A DNA stretch of 28,930 bases from a virus (IMGVR_UViG_3300020440_000063:1-28930); one strand, 5' to 3'. Shown: positions 17,601 to 26,717, counted from the stretch's first letter. Numbers and translations: made by a program. The notes: generated by a model not told the origin, from the sequence alone.

Positions 17601-19956
17601 GTTTGATATAGATGATTATATAGGTGATCCTAACATATCAGGATCCCTAACTTATCCTAAATTAGAAGATTTAAAGAAACTTTACTTTAGAAAATATTTT
17701 AAAAAGACCAGTGTTTTAGAATCTATAAGACTATTATCATATTTTGATAATTCTTTATTTAAAATGTTAAAAGATTTTGTTCCTGCTAAAACATTATTAA
17801 ATACTGGTTTAGTTATTAAACCAACCTTATTAGAAAGAACAAAACAAGAAAGATTTGAACCCACATTTACTCATTTAGATCATAGTGGATCTACTAAAAT
17901 AGTAAGTGTTACAGGGTCTAACCCAATGAATGAAAATCTTAATACCAGGTATACTGGTGAAATATTAATACCTTCTAGCTCCGCAGATACTATAACTGCT
18001 TCTGGAATAATTTATAATTTTAACGACCTAAGGGAGCCATTTACAGGAGAGTATAGTGGTAGTGAATTAACAGTGTATACTTTACCAACTAGCAGTACAG
18101 TAACAGAATTAAGTTTCTTTAATACAGAAACAAACTATAGTACATCAATATCATATTCAGCAATACCCTTGGATCCTACATTCAATAATATATCCGAAGC
18201 TAGAAAATCAGTTAGATTTATGGATGTTGATTATTCTTCTAATATAATAACCCCAGTTAATATAGGATTTATAACAAGTAGATCTTTTGGAGATATAACA
18301 GAAGGTTCATCTTCATTTTTGGATGCCCCTGTTCAAGATAGTAATTACACTTTACTACGTAATAAAAATCCTAGATATTTAGGTAGTAAAACAATATCCC
18401 AAAAATATAATACTTATACTTTAGGAGATTCATCTTATGGACAAACAGCAGCTATTGATTTAAATTCACTTAAATTTGCCTATTTTTCAGAAATAGTAGA
18501 AACAGGATCAGCTTTCCCAGAAAGATCAAACGTATATATTAAATATTTAATTGATGGAAGATCTAATGTTATAGAATTAACAAGAAAAAATGAAAACATT
18601 TTTGATATCCAAAATATATTTAATGCAAAAAAAGAAGTTGATATATCCCTAGATGACAATCAATTATTTGGAGATCAAAAATATCTAGATGGTTTAAAAC
18701 CCATATATGCTGGTGGATTTAAATATTTACCTACACTACAAAATCCAACAGGAAGTAGTACTTTAGATTTTAGATTTACAGCGGGACCAATTGAAAATAT
18801 AACTAAAGAAGATATATTCCCAATACCTAATAGTTTAGGGGGTAAATTTGTAGATATAAGTAATTTTACTTTAGGAACTATTAAAATACAAAGTGGAAGC
18901 AATAGTGTATCAGTAGGAGGATATCCTGCTATTACATTAACCCGAAATGCCCCTGTTAATAGGGAAAGTATTTGGTGGGATAATGATTTATTAATTAATG
19001 TGGAAGGACAAGTAGAACTAGAAATTAATATCCCTAAAAATGTATCAGCTTCATTTGATACTATATCTTGGAATCCATTTAATGGGGTAGCACCAATATT
19101 TTCATCATCAACTGATTTTGGAGAATTTGAATCAATAGAAGCTATTTATCATATTTCTAACTCTGTAATTTTACCTAAAAACACTGATAAAATCGAGGCA
19201 GTGTTTAATGAATCAATATCAGCTATGGGAGGACAATTTGAAACTAGTTTCATAACACCCGACATAGTAAGTGCCTCTGTAAATATAGGTGGTTTACAGG
19301 CAGCATCTTTTGGAACCCCAGCTTACACTTATTATTTCCCATCTGATCCAATGACTTCATATACAGCTAGTATAGTTGATGGAGGTGATGATAATGAAAA
19401 TGATGCATTCTTTTTAAGAAACAATACAGGATCATTTAATATTTTAACCGCTTCCGTATCTATGTCTTTTTGGTATGGCAATTTTACTCAAACTTCATCT
19501 ATTTATGAAAGTGGTTCTGATTCATACGGAATTATAGATGAACCCTTTGTTATAGAAGAAGGAGATTTATTTAGATTTGTAGATAAAGACGGAGGAGTAG
19601 CAGGCTCAGGAAGTGGAGAATTTCCCATAGCATTTGAAAGACAAGTTAAAAGAGTAAGTGTTATACCAAGAGATGAAGTAACAAATACAAGACGTTTAAC
19701 AATTGAATTTGATAAAGACATACCAGCTAGGGCTTGTGAGGATTTTACAACTTTAAATCCTGATGCTGCTAGACAGATTAAAAGATTTATTATATTAAAA
19801 AAGGTAGAGGACGAAACAAATATTGTCCTTAATTTTGAAAAACAACCAGGACAAACTTCAACGGGTATAATACTCCCGGCGGATTTACCTTTATCCTTAC
19901 AAGATAAAGCTGGTAATATAGTAAAAGAACTTAAATCACAAAACTTAATAACATAA
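14611..19956 (+). CDS. Large baseplate wedge protein (T4 gp7 / P2 gpI-like core) with LamG/concanavalin-like domain
   Basis: KRIYHNLPYLLKTKGSYRGLRALLNCFG..RIHEYGG (~16230-16355) is the gpI/gp7-type 'KGT/S' motif; TVQFRFKP...WDVMLRR...FDGEFQEFRYW (~16560-17130) is LamG-like; later LFKMLKDFVPA. Confidence 0.65.
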   Translation: MAEEISISSVSASSLETQVYSTQDIELLNEFELNREFGSEQDIVEYHIFSATNELLSSSYDFKNYSTLVTNPSSSLYNTLYIDPDQDLQNAGFNLGEYNVLYNFYRPLFLSNKDEKYFIKEISSDRTEIKITTNNLSYNAVGTSFFNYITSKTGKSFYSDLLLNFGDNNTLIGVNTLLDTEDQTQPGIFVKLYEPLPSSYNVLDQLWIVEEVSDPISFQVNIQFTAEETQQLEYLRGPNTNIDLNELTNTPTKYFNTNELLDTVLTSSYQQVQSVLEEKGIEINIDYTDYNNFIHFGSAYDRLANFKHKLTQIQSYQSDINTLKGLDPLTDQTVISASEATLQENIDTLIEQFDGYEYFLYFESGSKSWPKSNQYPPYNNYSVSSDSASVWYGSEDENNEYFGGQLLSASLYDDDNQNYVWNTLPVYVQEDVQNQNLALLVSMLGQSFDTTWTYTRAITDIKDADNRIDSGISKDIVADTLRSLGIKLYTTNRTNQDVFTTLLGITPSGSLVPETGSLRVETYISASNEVTPYGDINKEVYKRIYHNLPYLLKTKGSYRGLRALLNCFGIEDTILRIHEYGGIEKNIQQITQFYENHVYALDTRQSSSVEVPWLPAIMPMVGEHWEDIDQDWNNIEGWWNGVLAEDQVPDTVQFRFKPSSIPSASYATQSLFQINTGSATQFGIQLRHTSASYGEMKFILSGSQGYVTSSPMLQPFFTGGFWDVMLRRDPGKLNLNQTGSIDVNYELVTKNSKFDGDNAFIQYQDSSSLFISSSTSASYNEAWSTYTFTSGNTYLLGYLGGTGSNNVIAPDNVIFDGEFQEFRYWITNLSQSIFDQHVLNPTSYADNDITSSYYNLVYRLPLGNYDQISGSDGDNKITSVHPMVTGSYAPTGSFLGTGSSTVNFAIINNFTTNSFKSESRVDVIQGPDNGGFAQNENKIRVSNNEIISGSTLSPYVSVQINQLSSSVIDFTPDLDIAEIAISPQNSINQDIINQFGWFDIDDYIGDPNISGSLTYPKLEDLKKLYFRKYFKKTSVLESIRLLSYFDNSLFKMLKDFVPAKTLLNTGLVIKPTLLERTKQERFEPTFTHLDHSGSTKIVSVTGSNPMNENLNTRYTGEILIPSSSADTITASGIIYNFNDLREPFTGEYSGSELTVYTLPTSSTVTELSFFNTETNYSTSISYSAIPLDPTFNNISEARKSVRFMDVDYSSNIITPVNIGFITSRSFGDITEGSSSFLDAPVQDSNYTLLRNKNPRYLGSKTISQKYNTYTLGDSSYGQTAAIDLNSLKFAYFSEIVETGSAFPERSNVYIKYLIDGRSNVIELTRKNENIFDIQNIFNAKKEVDISLDDNQLFGDQKYLDGLKPIYAGGFKYLPTLQNPTGSSTLDFRFTAGPIENITKEDIFPIPNSLGGKFVDISNFTLGTIKIQSGSNSVSVGGYPAITLTRNAPVNRESIWWDNDLLINVEGQVELEINIPKNVSASFDTISWNPFNGVAPIFSSSTDFGEFESIEAIYHISNSVILPKNTDKIEAVFNESISAMGGQFETSFITPDIVSASVNIGGLQAASFGTPAYTYYFPSDPMTSYTASIVDGGDDNENDAFFLRNNTGSFNILTASVSMSFWYGNFTQTSSIYESGSDSYGIIDEPFVIEEGDLFRFVDKDGGVAGSGSGEFPIAFERQVKRVSVIPRDEVTNTRRLTIEFDKDIPARACEDFTTLNPDAARQIKRFIILKKVEDETNIVLNFEKQPGQTSTGIILPADLPLSLQDKAGNIVKELKSQNLIT

Positions 19957-19970
19957 TTTTAAAAAACATT

Positions 19971-19979
19971 ATATTTATA
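19971..19979 (+). promoter_or_regulatory. Candidate late promoter ATATTTATA
   Basis: Intergenic, 17 nt upstream of ATG 19997. Confidence 0.55.
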
Positions 19980-19996
19980 TATAACAAAAATAGATC

Positions 19997-20656
19997 ATGG
20001 GATATTTAAATAATACTACAGTTACTGTTGACGCCATCTTAACAAAGAAAGGACGTGAATTATTAGCACGAAACGATGGCTCATTTAGAATTACACAATT
20101 TTCTTTAGCCGATGATGAAATAGATTATACATTATATAATCCAAACCACCCATCAGGCTCTGCTTTTTATGGAGAAGCTATTGAAAATATGCCAATTCTT
20201 GAAGCATTTCCGGATGAAACTCAAGTAATGAAATATAAATTATTAACATTACCAAGAGGAACTGCTAAATTACCTGTGTTAGAAGTAGGATATACTACAA
20301 TTTCACTTAATCAAGGTGCATCATTATCAATTACACCTCAAACTTTAAATTACTTAGGAGCTGCAACAACATTTGAAGCTTCAGGATATACTGCAACAAT
20401 CGGAGATTCAAGAGTATTATCAACATTTGAAGGAACAGGAGTAAATACTACAGATGCTGCTACATTAAATTCAACTTCAACAATAGGTACAAACGTATCA
20501 AGAACAGTAATTGGAACAACAATTAATTTAACTGCTACTACAGTAAATACATTATTTGGAACAGCAAATACATTAAATACTATACTAACAGTTACAGGTA
20601 GAGATTCGGGAGCAAGATTAACTATTCCAATTAACATAACTAAAGTAACTACATAA
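19997..20656 (+). CDS. Virion structural protein; N-terminus resembles tail-collar/fibre attachment domain (DUF3751-like)
   Basis: AILTKKGRELLA...FRITQFSLADDEIDY resembles the 'LT..G...LA....IT.F.LGD' start of P2 gpH-type fibre bases; Thr-rich Ig-like C-terminus. Confidence 0.6.
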   Translation: MGYLNNTTVTVDAILTKKGRELLARNDGSFRITQFSLADDEIDYTLYNPNHPSGSAFYGEAIENMPILEAFPDETQVMKYKLLTLPRGTAKLPVLEVGYTTISLNQGASLSITPQTLNYLGAATTFEASGYTATIGDSRVLSTFEGTGVNTTDAATLNSTSTIGTNVSRTVIGTTINLTATTVNTLFGTANTLNTILTVTGRDSGARLTIPINITKVTT

Positions 20657-20657
20657 T

Positions 20658-21698
20658 ATGAGCTTTACAAGTTTAAATTCGAGTGATTTTGTAGTAAGTG
20701 CAGATTCTATAACTTCTACACTATGGTCAGGTGAAGTTCCTACATTGACACAATTTTTTACTTCATCACAAACATCATCTTTTGATACATTTTTAGATGT
20801 ATATCAAACTGGATCTTTAAGATCAGACGCTGCAGTACAATTTTCTATTGCATATGGAGAAGTAAGTGGATCAGGTTCAGCACCATATAATACTTTAGTT
20901 ACTGGTAGTTCACCATCAAGAGTAACTTATGGTCAATATAGAACTTTAATAAATGGAGACGAAAATACAAACTTTAATTTTGGAACAGGTAATACTGATT
21001 CAAGAGATATGTTTGCTTTAACTGTTAATAGAGCCAGATACAAAGAAAAATTATTCCCAGGAACATTTAACCTAGTACTTTCAGGTTCAGATGGTAGTAG
21101 TCCTTCTAAAATTCAATTAACAGATAATTCTAAAGATGTAACTACTTTAACATTTACAGATGCAGGTAGAGTATTTGATATAGTAAGTGGAACAAATGGA
21201 AGTGCTGTATCAGAAAGTGTAACAGGTAGTGTAACTGCAGGGTATACACCTTCTGGTTCTTATGGTAAATTTTTACCTGATGTAGGATTAATATTACTAA
21301 ACCCAAGAGCCTTAGCACTATCAGCATCACAAGGTGGAGTAGGATTAGTAATTAATGATGATTTAACAAATACAGCTTTAGTAGCTAATAATAGTGCTTT
21401 ATTTGAATCAATAAAGTTAGCACAAACATTCTCTTTAAATTCAGAAGAAACTATTACAGCTGATTATATATTTGTAAGAGTAAGAAATACTGATTACAAC
21501 TATACTACTAACCCATCTATGATAAGTGGTAGTGGAGAATTTGTATATTCAAGTTTAATTAATAACCCTCAAACTTTTATAACAACTGTAGGTTTATATA
21601 ATGATGCTAACGAGTTATTATCTGTAGCTAAATTATCAAAACCATTAGTTAAAGATTTTACTAAAGAAGCTCTAGTAAGAGTAAAACTAGATTTTTAA
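20658..21698 (+). CDS. Virion structural (baseplate/fibre-attachment) protein
   Basis: C-terminal FITTVGLYNDANELLSVAKLSKPLVKD...VRVKLDF resembles the 'E.GL.D..G.L.A.A' end of tail-collar domains; intact paralogue of the split gene downstream. Confidence 0.65.
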   Translation: MSFTSLNSSDFVVSADSITSTLWSGEVPTLTQFFTSSQTSSFDTFLDVYQTGSLRSDAAVQFSIAYGEVSGSGSAPYNTLVTGSSPSRVTYGQYRTLINGDENTNFNFGTGNTDSRDMFALTVNRARYKEKLFPGTFNLVLSGSDGSSPSKIQLTDNSKDVTTLTFTDAGRVFDIVSGTNGSAVSESVTGSVTAGYTPSGSYGKFLPDVGLILLNPRALALSASQGGVGLVINDDLTNTALVANNSALFESIKLAQTFSLNSEETITADYIFVRVRNTDYNYTTNPSMISGSGEFVYSSLINNPQTFITTVGLYNDANELLSVAKLSKPLVKDFTKEALVRVKLDF

Positions 21699-21701
21699 TG
21701 A

Positions 21702-24700
21702 ATGAGTTTTGCATACAAAAAACTAAATCCGACTGACCTTAAATCAGTTCCTTATACTGCTAATAAACAGTATGAGTATGATTCATCATCTTATTCAGAT
21801 AATAACATTCAAACTTATGTAGGAGAGTATATTCCTATTACTACAGATCAACCTTTTGATCCTGTAAACGATAATTTAACTACAGACCAAAATTATAGAA
21901 GATTAATATATGAATCTGTTCGTCATTTATATTATCAAAATTATATAACAGCATCTTCAATTGACCAAGTTCCAGAACGATCAGGTTTAAAATACCCAGA
22001 TAATGTTAATTATTTTTGGCATTCTTCCTCTTTTGACAATTATTTACAAAATACTTTAGCATCAGGATCTTTTCCAAATTATAGAAATTTTCCTTATTTT
22101 CAATCTCAAGAATTTGATTATGATGATGAAGGGAATGCCCTATATGGAACAGCAGTTTATTTTATAGAAAATGCAGCTAAAATTAGAGTAATATCAGTAC
22201 CAAAAGACAAATATGGGGAAGGTATAAAACCAACCACCTTTATAATTTCAGGATCAGATTATTATATAGCAGATGATGGGCAAGGAAATTTATTTGATTT
22301 TATAAAAGTAATAACAGAATATGGTGAGCAATTTTATTCTGCACCCGCTGCATATTATGCTGGACAAGCAGATGGATTAGTAACACCGGTTGGGAATATA
22401 TTTTATAATCATGGTTTAGCTGTTATTACAAATCAAGACTATTTATGTTTCATAGAAGGTAGTCCTGTAGCGAGAAATGATTATTTTACAATATTAAATA
22501 CCCAAGAAGAAAAAATACTAAATATTCTAAATGCAGATTTTGATGATTGTGTTTCCATAGCATCAGAATCAGTATCTACATCAAACATATCGGGGGTTTC
22601 TTTTCCAGATTATAGTGTAAGTAGTAGTGGAGATATAGTAATAACACCTAATAATACAAGTGTTATTCCTGGTCAATATAAATTACAATATACTGTAGAT
22701 AACACTTTAGGAATTACAAGTAATACAGCTTCAATAACATTAAACATTACAACTGAACCATTAACATCTTCAATAAATTCTGTAACAGAATCTTGTTTTG
22801 AAGGAAATGATTCTGCTTCTGTAACATTTTCAATAGATAAAGGGTTACCTCCATATAGTTGGTCTGTTGATAATTCTACTTATACTCCTGTAAGTGATTT
22901 ATTCCAACCTATTGTTACGGCATCATTATTACCAACACGTTCTTTAGTACTTTATATAAAGGATAACAATAATGAAATAGTAACTCAATCTATAAATACT
23001 TCATTTATACCAATTAGTGGGACAATATTTCAAAACGAAGTATCAAATTGTAATACAAATGATGGTGAAATTATAATTAGTGCCAGTGGAGACACAGGTA
23101 TAATCTCAGCTTCATTATCAGCTTCTTTTTCTAATTCTATAGAATTACCAAACACATTTACATCTTTAACTACAGGATCTTATACAGTACATTTTAAAGA
23201 TTCTAACTTATGTACAAGTTCTTCTACAATTACCGTAGGTAAAATATCACCTGTAACAGCTAGTTATGCTATAACACATGTAGATTGTTTTGCCTCAAAT
23301 AGTGGTCAAATTTTACTTGATATATTAGATTCTAATGATACTGCCTCCGATTCATTTATAACAGGAGGAAGAGAACCTTATACTTGGAGTTGGTCAGGTC
23401 CTAATGGGTTTAGTACATCTTCTGAAGATGCAAAAAATTTATCAAGTGGTAGTTATATATTAAATATAACTGATAATAATGGGTGTATTTACCCTTTTAA
23501 TTATGATATATCTTCTTCAACAGAAATCACATATACTGCTAGTATTATATATACTAATCGTAACTTTCCTATATTACAAGTTTTAAATTTAACAGGTGGT
23601 TTAGAACCCTATGATTATACTTTAACTACTAATATGACTACTATTACAAATTCATTTAATAGTAGTGTATCTAATAGTAAAGATATTTTTGCTCAATCTT
23701 TAAATTCGGGCTCCGGGACCTTAGTAATAACAGACCGTTTAGGGTGTGTTGCATTTACTTCAAGTTTAGAAATTTATGGTAGAACATGGGAAGTAAGTGA
23801 ATCATTTTGTGAAGATGGAACAGGTAGTGTAGCAGCAAGAAATCTTAATTTTTACACTTACAATACAGCTAGCTCTGAATGGGTCAATGTTAAAATCCAT
23901 TCAGGAAGTGAAACACCTATAGAAGTGGCCACTTCAGGTAGTGCCACGGGAAGTTATACATGGAATCATAACAGTACTTTATATATAGACATTTATACAG
24001 GATCTAATAATAATTTTTCATTAATAAGAGAATTTAGTGGATCTAGTGATACATTAGGCACACCTGCTAATTTAACAGGTAGTGAAATTACAAATTCAGC
24101 TATTATAACAGGTAGTGGTAGAATGGATTATTTTTATGAAAATAAAGATGTTTCCCTATCGTTTGGAACCAGTCATTCAATTTCATCTCTACATTTAACA
24201 GCATCAAAAGTAAATACTGAAGAATTAGTTACTAACATTAATTTTAAATTCAATAAAACAATTGATTTAACTACTATTAGAGATAACTTTACAGGTAGTG
24301 CAACAAATTTATCATTAACTGGAAGTGGGGGAACAAATATAGCAGATGGATCAGGTAGTAACTTTATAGCTCGTGATAATGAATTTATAGATACTATATA
24401 TGGTAATACGGGAAGCTTTATAGGCCCAAATAATTTATTATTCAGAGAAGAATACCCTTTTGGGAATATAATTAATACCCCATCAGCATCAAATGTAGAA
24501 TTTACTAGTGGATCTATATTTAGTGGATCAGTATCTGCAAGTTATTTTGGAGGAGATAATTCACAATACTTTACCCAAAGAACAGATAAAGTTTGGCTAT
24601 TAACAGCAGATGTAGATGGTATTCCTTTTATAGAAGCTTATTCATATACAGATAATAGCCAATATCAAAATGATCCTATAGGAATTAGAAACAACACTAC

Positions 24701-24983
24701 AGGTAGTCATGGGGGATATAACATCTTTGCAGGAACACAAAGAATGGAACATGATTTAATGTATTTAATGATAATACATGAAGATGAATTTGCTAATATG
24801 CCTTTACCTACTGGTATAGGAAGTGGTGAAATATTTAGAAGAAGATTAAATTTAATAAGAGATGTTAATAGAGTCTATTATTTATTTATGTCTCCTATAG
24901 CAACATCAGGATCACAGGCTCAATTAGATAACAGGGCAATAACAGTTGGAAAATATTTTATAGATAATGTAATTAATGGCTAA
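21702..24983 (+). CDS. Tail/baseplate adhesin-like protein: structural N-domain + cadherin/Big-like domain + ~4 SprB-like repeats + S/T/G-rich C-terminal region
   Basis: N-terminal ~245 aa parallels the 346-aa neighbour; PVARNDYF...LNILNAD...YKLQYTVDN..GITSNTASITLNI is Big_9/cadherin-like; VDCFASNSGQI...TGGREPYTWSWSGPNGFSTSSEDAKNLSSGSYILNITDNNGC is a textbook SprB-type repeat. Confidence 0.75.
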   Translation: MSFAYKKLNPTDLKSVPYTANKQYEYDSSSYSDNNIQTYVGEYIPITTDQPFDPVNDNLTTDQNYRRLIYESVRHLYYQNYITASSIDQVPERSGLKYPDNVNYFWHSSSFDNYLQNTLASGSFPNYRNFPYFQSQEFDYDDEGNALYGTAVYFIENAAKIRVISVPKDKYGEGIKPTTFIISGSDYYIADDGQGNLFDFIKVITEYGEQFYSAPAAYYAGQADGLVTPVGNIFYNHGLAVITNQDYLCFIEGSPVARNDYFTILNTQEEKILNILNADFDDCVSIASESVSTSNISGVSFPDYSVSSSGDIVITPNNTSVIPGQYKLQYTVDNTLGITSNTASITLNITTEPLTSSINSVTESCFEGNDSASVTFSIDKGLPPYSWSVDNSTYTPVSDLFQPIVTASLLPTRSLVLYIKDNNNEIVTQSINTSFIPISGTIFQNEVSNCNTNDGEIIISASGDTGIISASLSASFSNSIELPNTFTSLTTGSYTVHFKDSNLCTSSSTITVGKISPVTASYAITHVDCFASNSGQILLDILDSNDTASDSFITGGREPYTWSWSGPNGFSTSSEDAKNLSSGSYILNITDNNGCIYPFNYDISSSTEITYTASIIYTNRNFPILQVLNLTGGLEPYDYTLTTNMTTITNSFNSSVSNSKDIFAQSLNSGSGTLVITDRLGCVAFTSSLEIYGRTWEVSESFCEDGTGSVAARNLNFYTYNTASSEWVNVKIHSGSETPIEVATSGSATGSYTWNHNSTLYIDIYTGSNNNFSLIREFSGSSDTLGTPANLTGSEITNSAIITGSGRMDYFYENKDVSLSFGTSHSISSLHLTASKVNTEELVTNINFKFNKTIDLTTIRDNFTGSATNLSLTGSGGTNIADGSGSNFIARDNEFIDTIYGNTGSFIGPNNLLFREEYPFGNIINTPSASNVEFTSGSIFSGSVSASYFGGDNSQYFTQRTDKVWLLTADVDGIPFIEAYSYTDNSQYQNDPIGIRNNTTGSHGGYNIFAGTQRMEHDLMYLMIIHEDEFANMPLPTGIGSGEIFRRRLNLIRDVNRVYYLFMSPIATSGSQAQLDNRAITVGKYFIDNVING
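22755..23780 (+). repeat. About four degenerate SprB-like protein repeats (~80-90 aa each; boundaries approximate)
   Basis: Recurring 'C...DG.I', 'G(G)..PY.(W/Y)', 'L..G.Y....D...C' blocks: KGLPPYSWS/IKDNNN; CNTNDGEI/LTTGSYTVHFKDSNLC; CFASNSGQI/TGGREPYTWS/LSSGSYILNITDNNGC; TGGLEPYDY/LNSGSGTLVITDRLGC. Confidence 0.75.
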
Positions 24984-26715
24984 TACAGGATTTGAAATAT
25001 CACAAAATGTAGCTCAATATTTTACTACAGGCCCTAATTCAGGTAGTAAAGTAACAAGTAGCTTTGATCAGGATTTAACAGTTGCTCCTTTTAGTGCATC
25101 CTTAAATGGAGAAGAATTTTTTAATAGGGCCTATAATCCTGTAACATGTGAACCTGGATTTGAAGATTGTTTAGTCCCTTTATTAACTAGTTTAGAAACA
25201 GGATCTAGAAGAGGAAGATTTACTATAAATTATGTAACCCAATCTTCATTTAATGCTCCCATTGATATAACAGCTTCCGTTAGTGATGATATAAATTTTG
25301 CTAGTGGAAGAACAGAAATATTCTCATCTTCAATTGGAACTTTATTTCCAGTAACTTCATCATTTATAAGTGGAACTGTATACTTTAGAGCCTTTACTTC
25401 TTGTAGTGGGCCAACCCCTTCACCTAATTCTGATTTACTATCATTTAGCTACGATTTAATATCACCACCAAGTGCAGGTACAGTCCTAATAGTATTTACT
25501 AATACCTTATCTTCACCAATGGAGGTAGAAATTAGAAGTGAAAGGGGAAACCAAAATTATGTTATAGAAGCTAAAGATTCAGTTACATATGATTATACAA
25601 ACCACCCAAATGATCCTGGGGCATGGGTAGCAACTAATAAATCATCTCCCTTAAATATAACAATTAAGGGTGGTTCTAAAAACACATATGGAAATTTAAT
25701 TCAAAAATCTATTAATGGTAATGTATTTGCAACGGTTATAAAAGGGGGAGGACTTAATCAAAGATATGTTACTAATGATAGAAGTGATACTTTTAATCCT
25801 GATACTGGTATTACCTTTAAAGTCACACAAAATACTTTACCAAAACCAAATACTACTACTACAACTACACTTTCATTAATACAAGAAACTCCTCCTGCAC
25901 CTGCACCGGCAGAACCAACCCCTATATATACACCTTATCCAAGAGCAGTTGTAGGTTCAATAGTATATGAAACTGAAGAAAAAGTTTGTGCCGATTCTGG
26001 AGTTGATTTTAGACAAATTACTTATCAAAAACTTAAGGGATACTTGTATGCTAATGTAGAAAATGCTTTATTGGACATTAAAACTAATTATCCTTTTACT
26101 AAAAATTTTATTCTTACTACTTTAACCACTTATTTAATAGTTAATAAAGAAGGATTAATAGTAAATGAAGGAATCACATGTATTTTACCTCAAATTCAAA
26201 TTGAAACAAGTAGAGGATCTTATCCCGACCAAGAATCGGCATGTAAAAGAAAAAAATCATCCGGAGTTTCTTATAATTTTAAAGATAATACTTTAATAGG
26301 AGGAACAGGACTATCAGGTAGATACCCTATATATAGTGGTGTGCAAGAAAGAGGAGGACGTAATGTTATATTAGAAAATGGTAAAATATTGGCATATGAA
26401 ACTTGTGGAACTGAATTAACAGATATTCAATATTCTGAAATAGGATTTAATAACGAAATATACCCACTAGAAACTCCAGAACTAATTAACCCAAGAACAT
26501 TAAATTTTGTTTGTAACTATTCACAAAGATACATAAACTATTCCTTAGGCCCATCAGGAGTTGTATATTATGGGTTTAATTATAAAGAAGGTAAATATAA
26601 ATATGTTCCACTAGGATTAGGACTTAGATGGTATAGAACAACAGATAATAAATTTGTAATATTTAATAAAGGATTAGTAACAAATATAATAAACGAAATA
26701 ACATTTTGTAATTAA
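24976..26715 (+). CDS. Putative receptor-binding/adhesin virion protein with Thr/Pro linker and three C-terminal Cys-bracketed repeats
   Basis: 579 aa; beta-rich N-domains, linker TTTTTT...PPAPAPAEPTP, then three modules each ending in (V/I)..G(L/K)(I/V)...C. Confidence 0.6.
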   Translation: MANTGFEISQNVAQYFTTGPNSGSKVTSSFDQDLTVAPFSASLNGEEFFNRAYNPVTCEPGFEDCLVPLLTSLETGSRRGRFTINYVTQSSFNAPIDITASVSDDINFASGRTEIFSSSIGTLFPVTSSFISGTVYFRAFTSCSGPTPSPNSDLLSFSYDLISPPSAGTVLIVFTNTLSSPMEVEIRSERGNQNYVIEAKDSVTYDYTNHPNDPGAWVATNKSSPLNITIKGGSKNTYGNLIQKSINGNVFATVIKGGGLNQRYVTNDRSDTFNPDTGITFKVTQNTLPKPNTTTTTTLSLIQETPPAPAPAEPTPIYTPYPRAVVGSIVYETEEKVCADSGVDFRQITYQKLKGYLYANVENALLDIKTNYPFTKNFILTTLTTYLIVNKEGLIVNEGITCILPQIQIETSRGSYPDQESACKRKKSSGVSYNFKDNTLIGGTGLSGRYPIYSGVQERGGRNVILENGKILAYETCGTELTDIQYSEIGFNNEIYPLETPELINPRTLNFVCNYSQRYINYSLGPSGVVYYGFNYKEGKYKYVPLGLGLRWYRTTDNKFVIFNKGLVTNIINEITFCN

Positions 26716-26717
26716 TT

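Noticed and set aside
5572-21698. Bacterial contractile injection system (eCIS/T6SS/tailocin) instead of phage
   Set aside because: Flanked by primase, exonuclease, phage sigma and tiny early ORFs, with no AAA ATPase, membrane complex or host genes; a phage genome is the simpler reading.
25851-25923. ACT/ACA and CCTGCA short tandem repeats as a phase-variation locus
   Set aside because: Short, in-frame and explained by a Thr/Pro-Ala protein linker.
22440-26717. Insert as intron, intein, transposon or diversity-generating retroelement target
   Set aside because: No splice or intein motifs, terminal repeats, transposase, reverse transcriptase or template/variable repeat pair seen; content is adhesin-like coding sequence.
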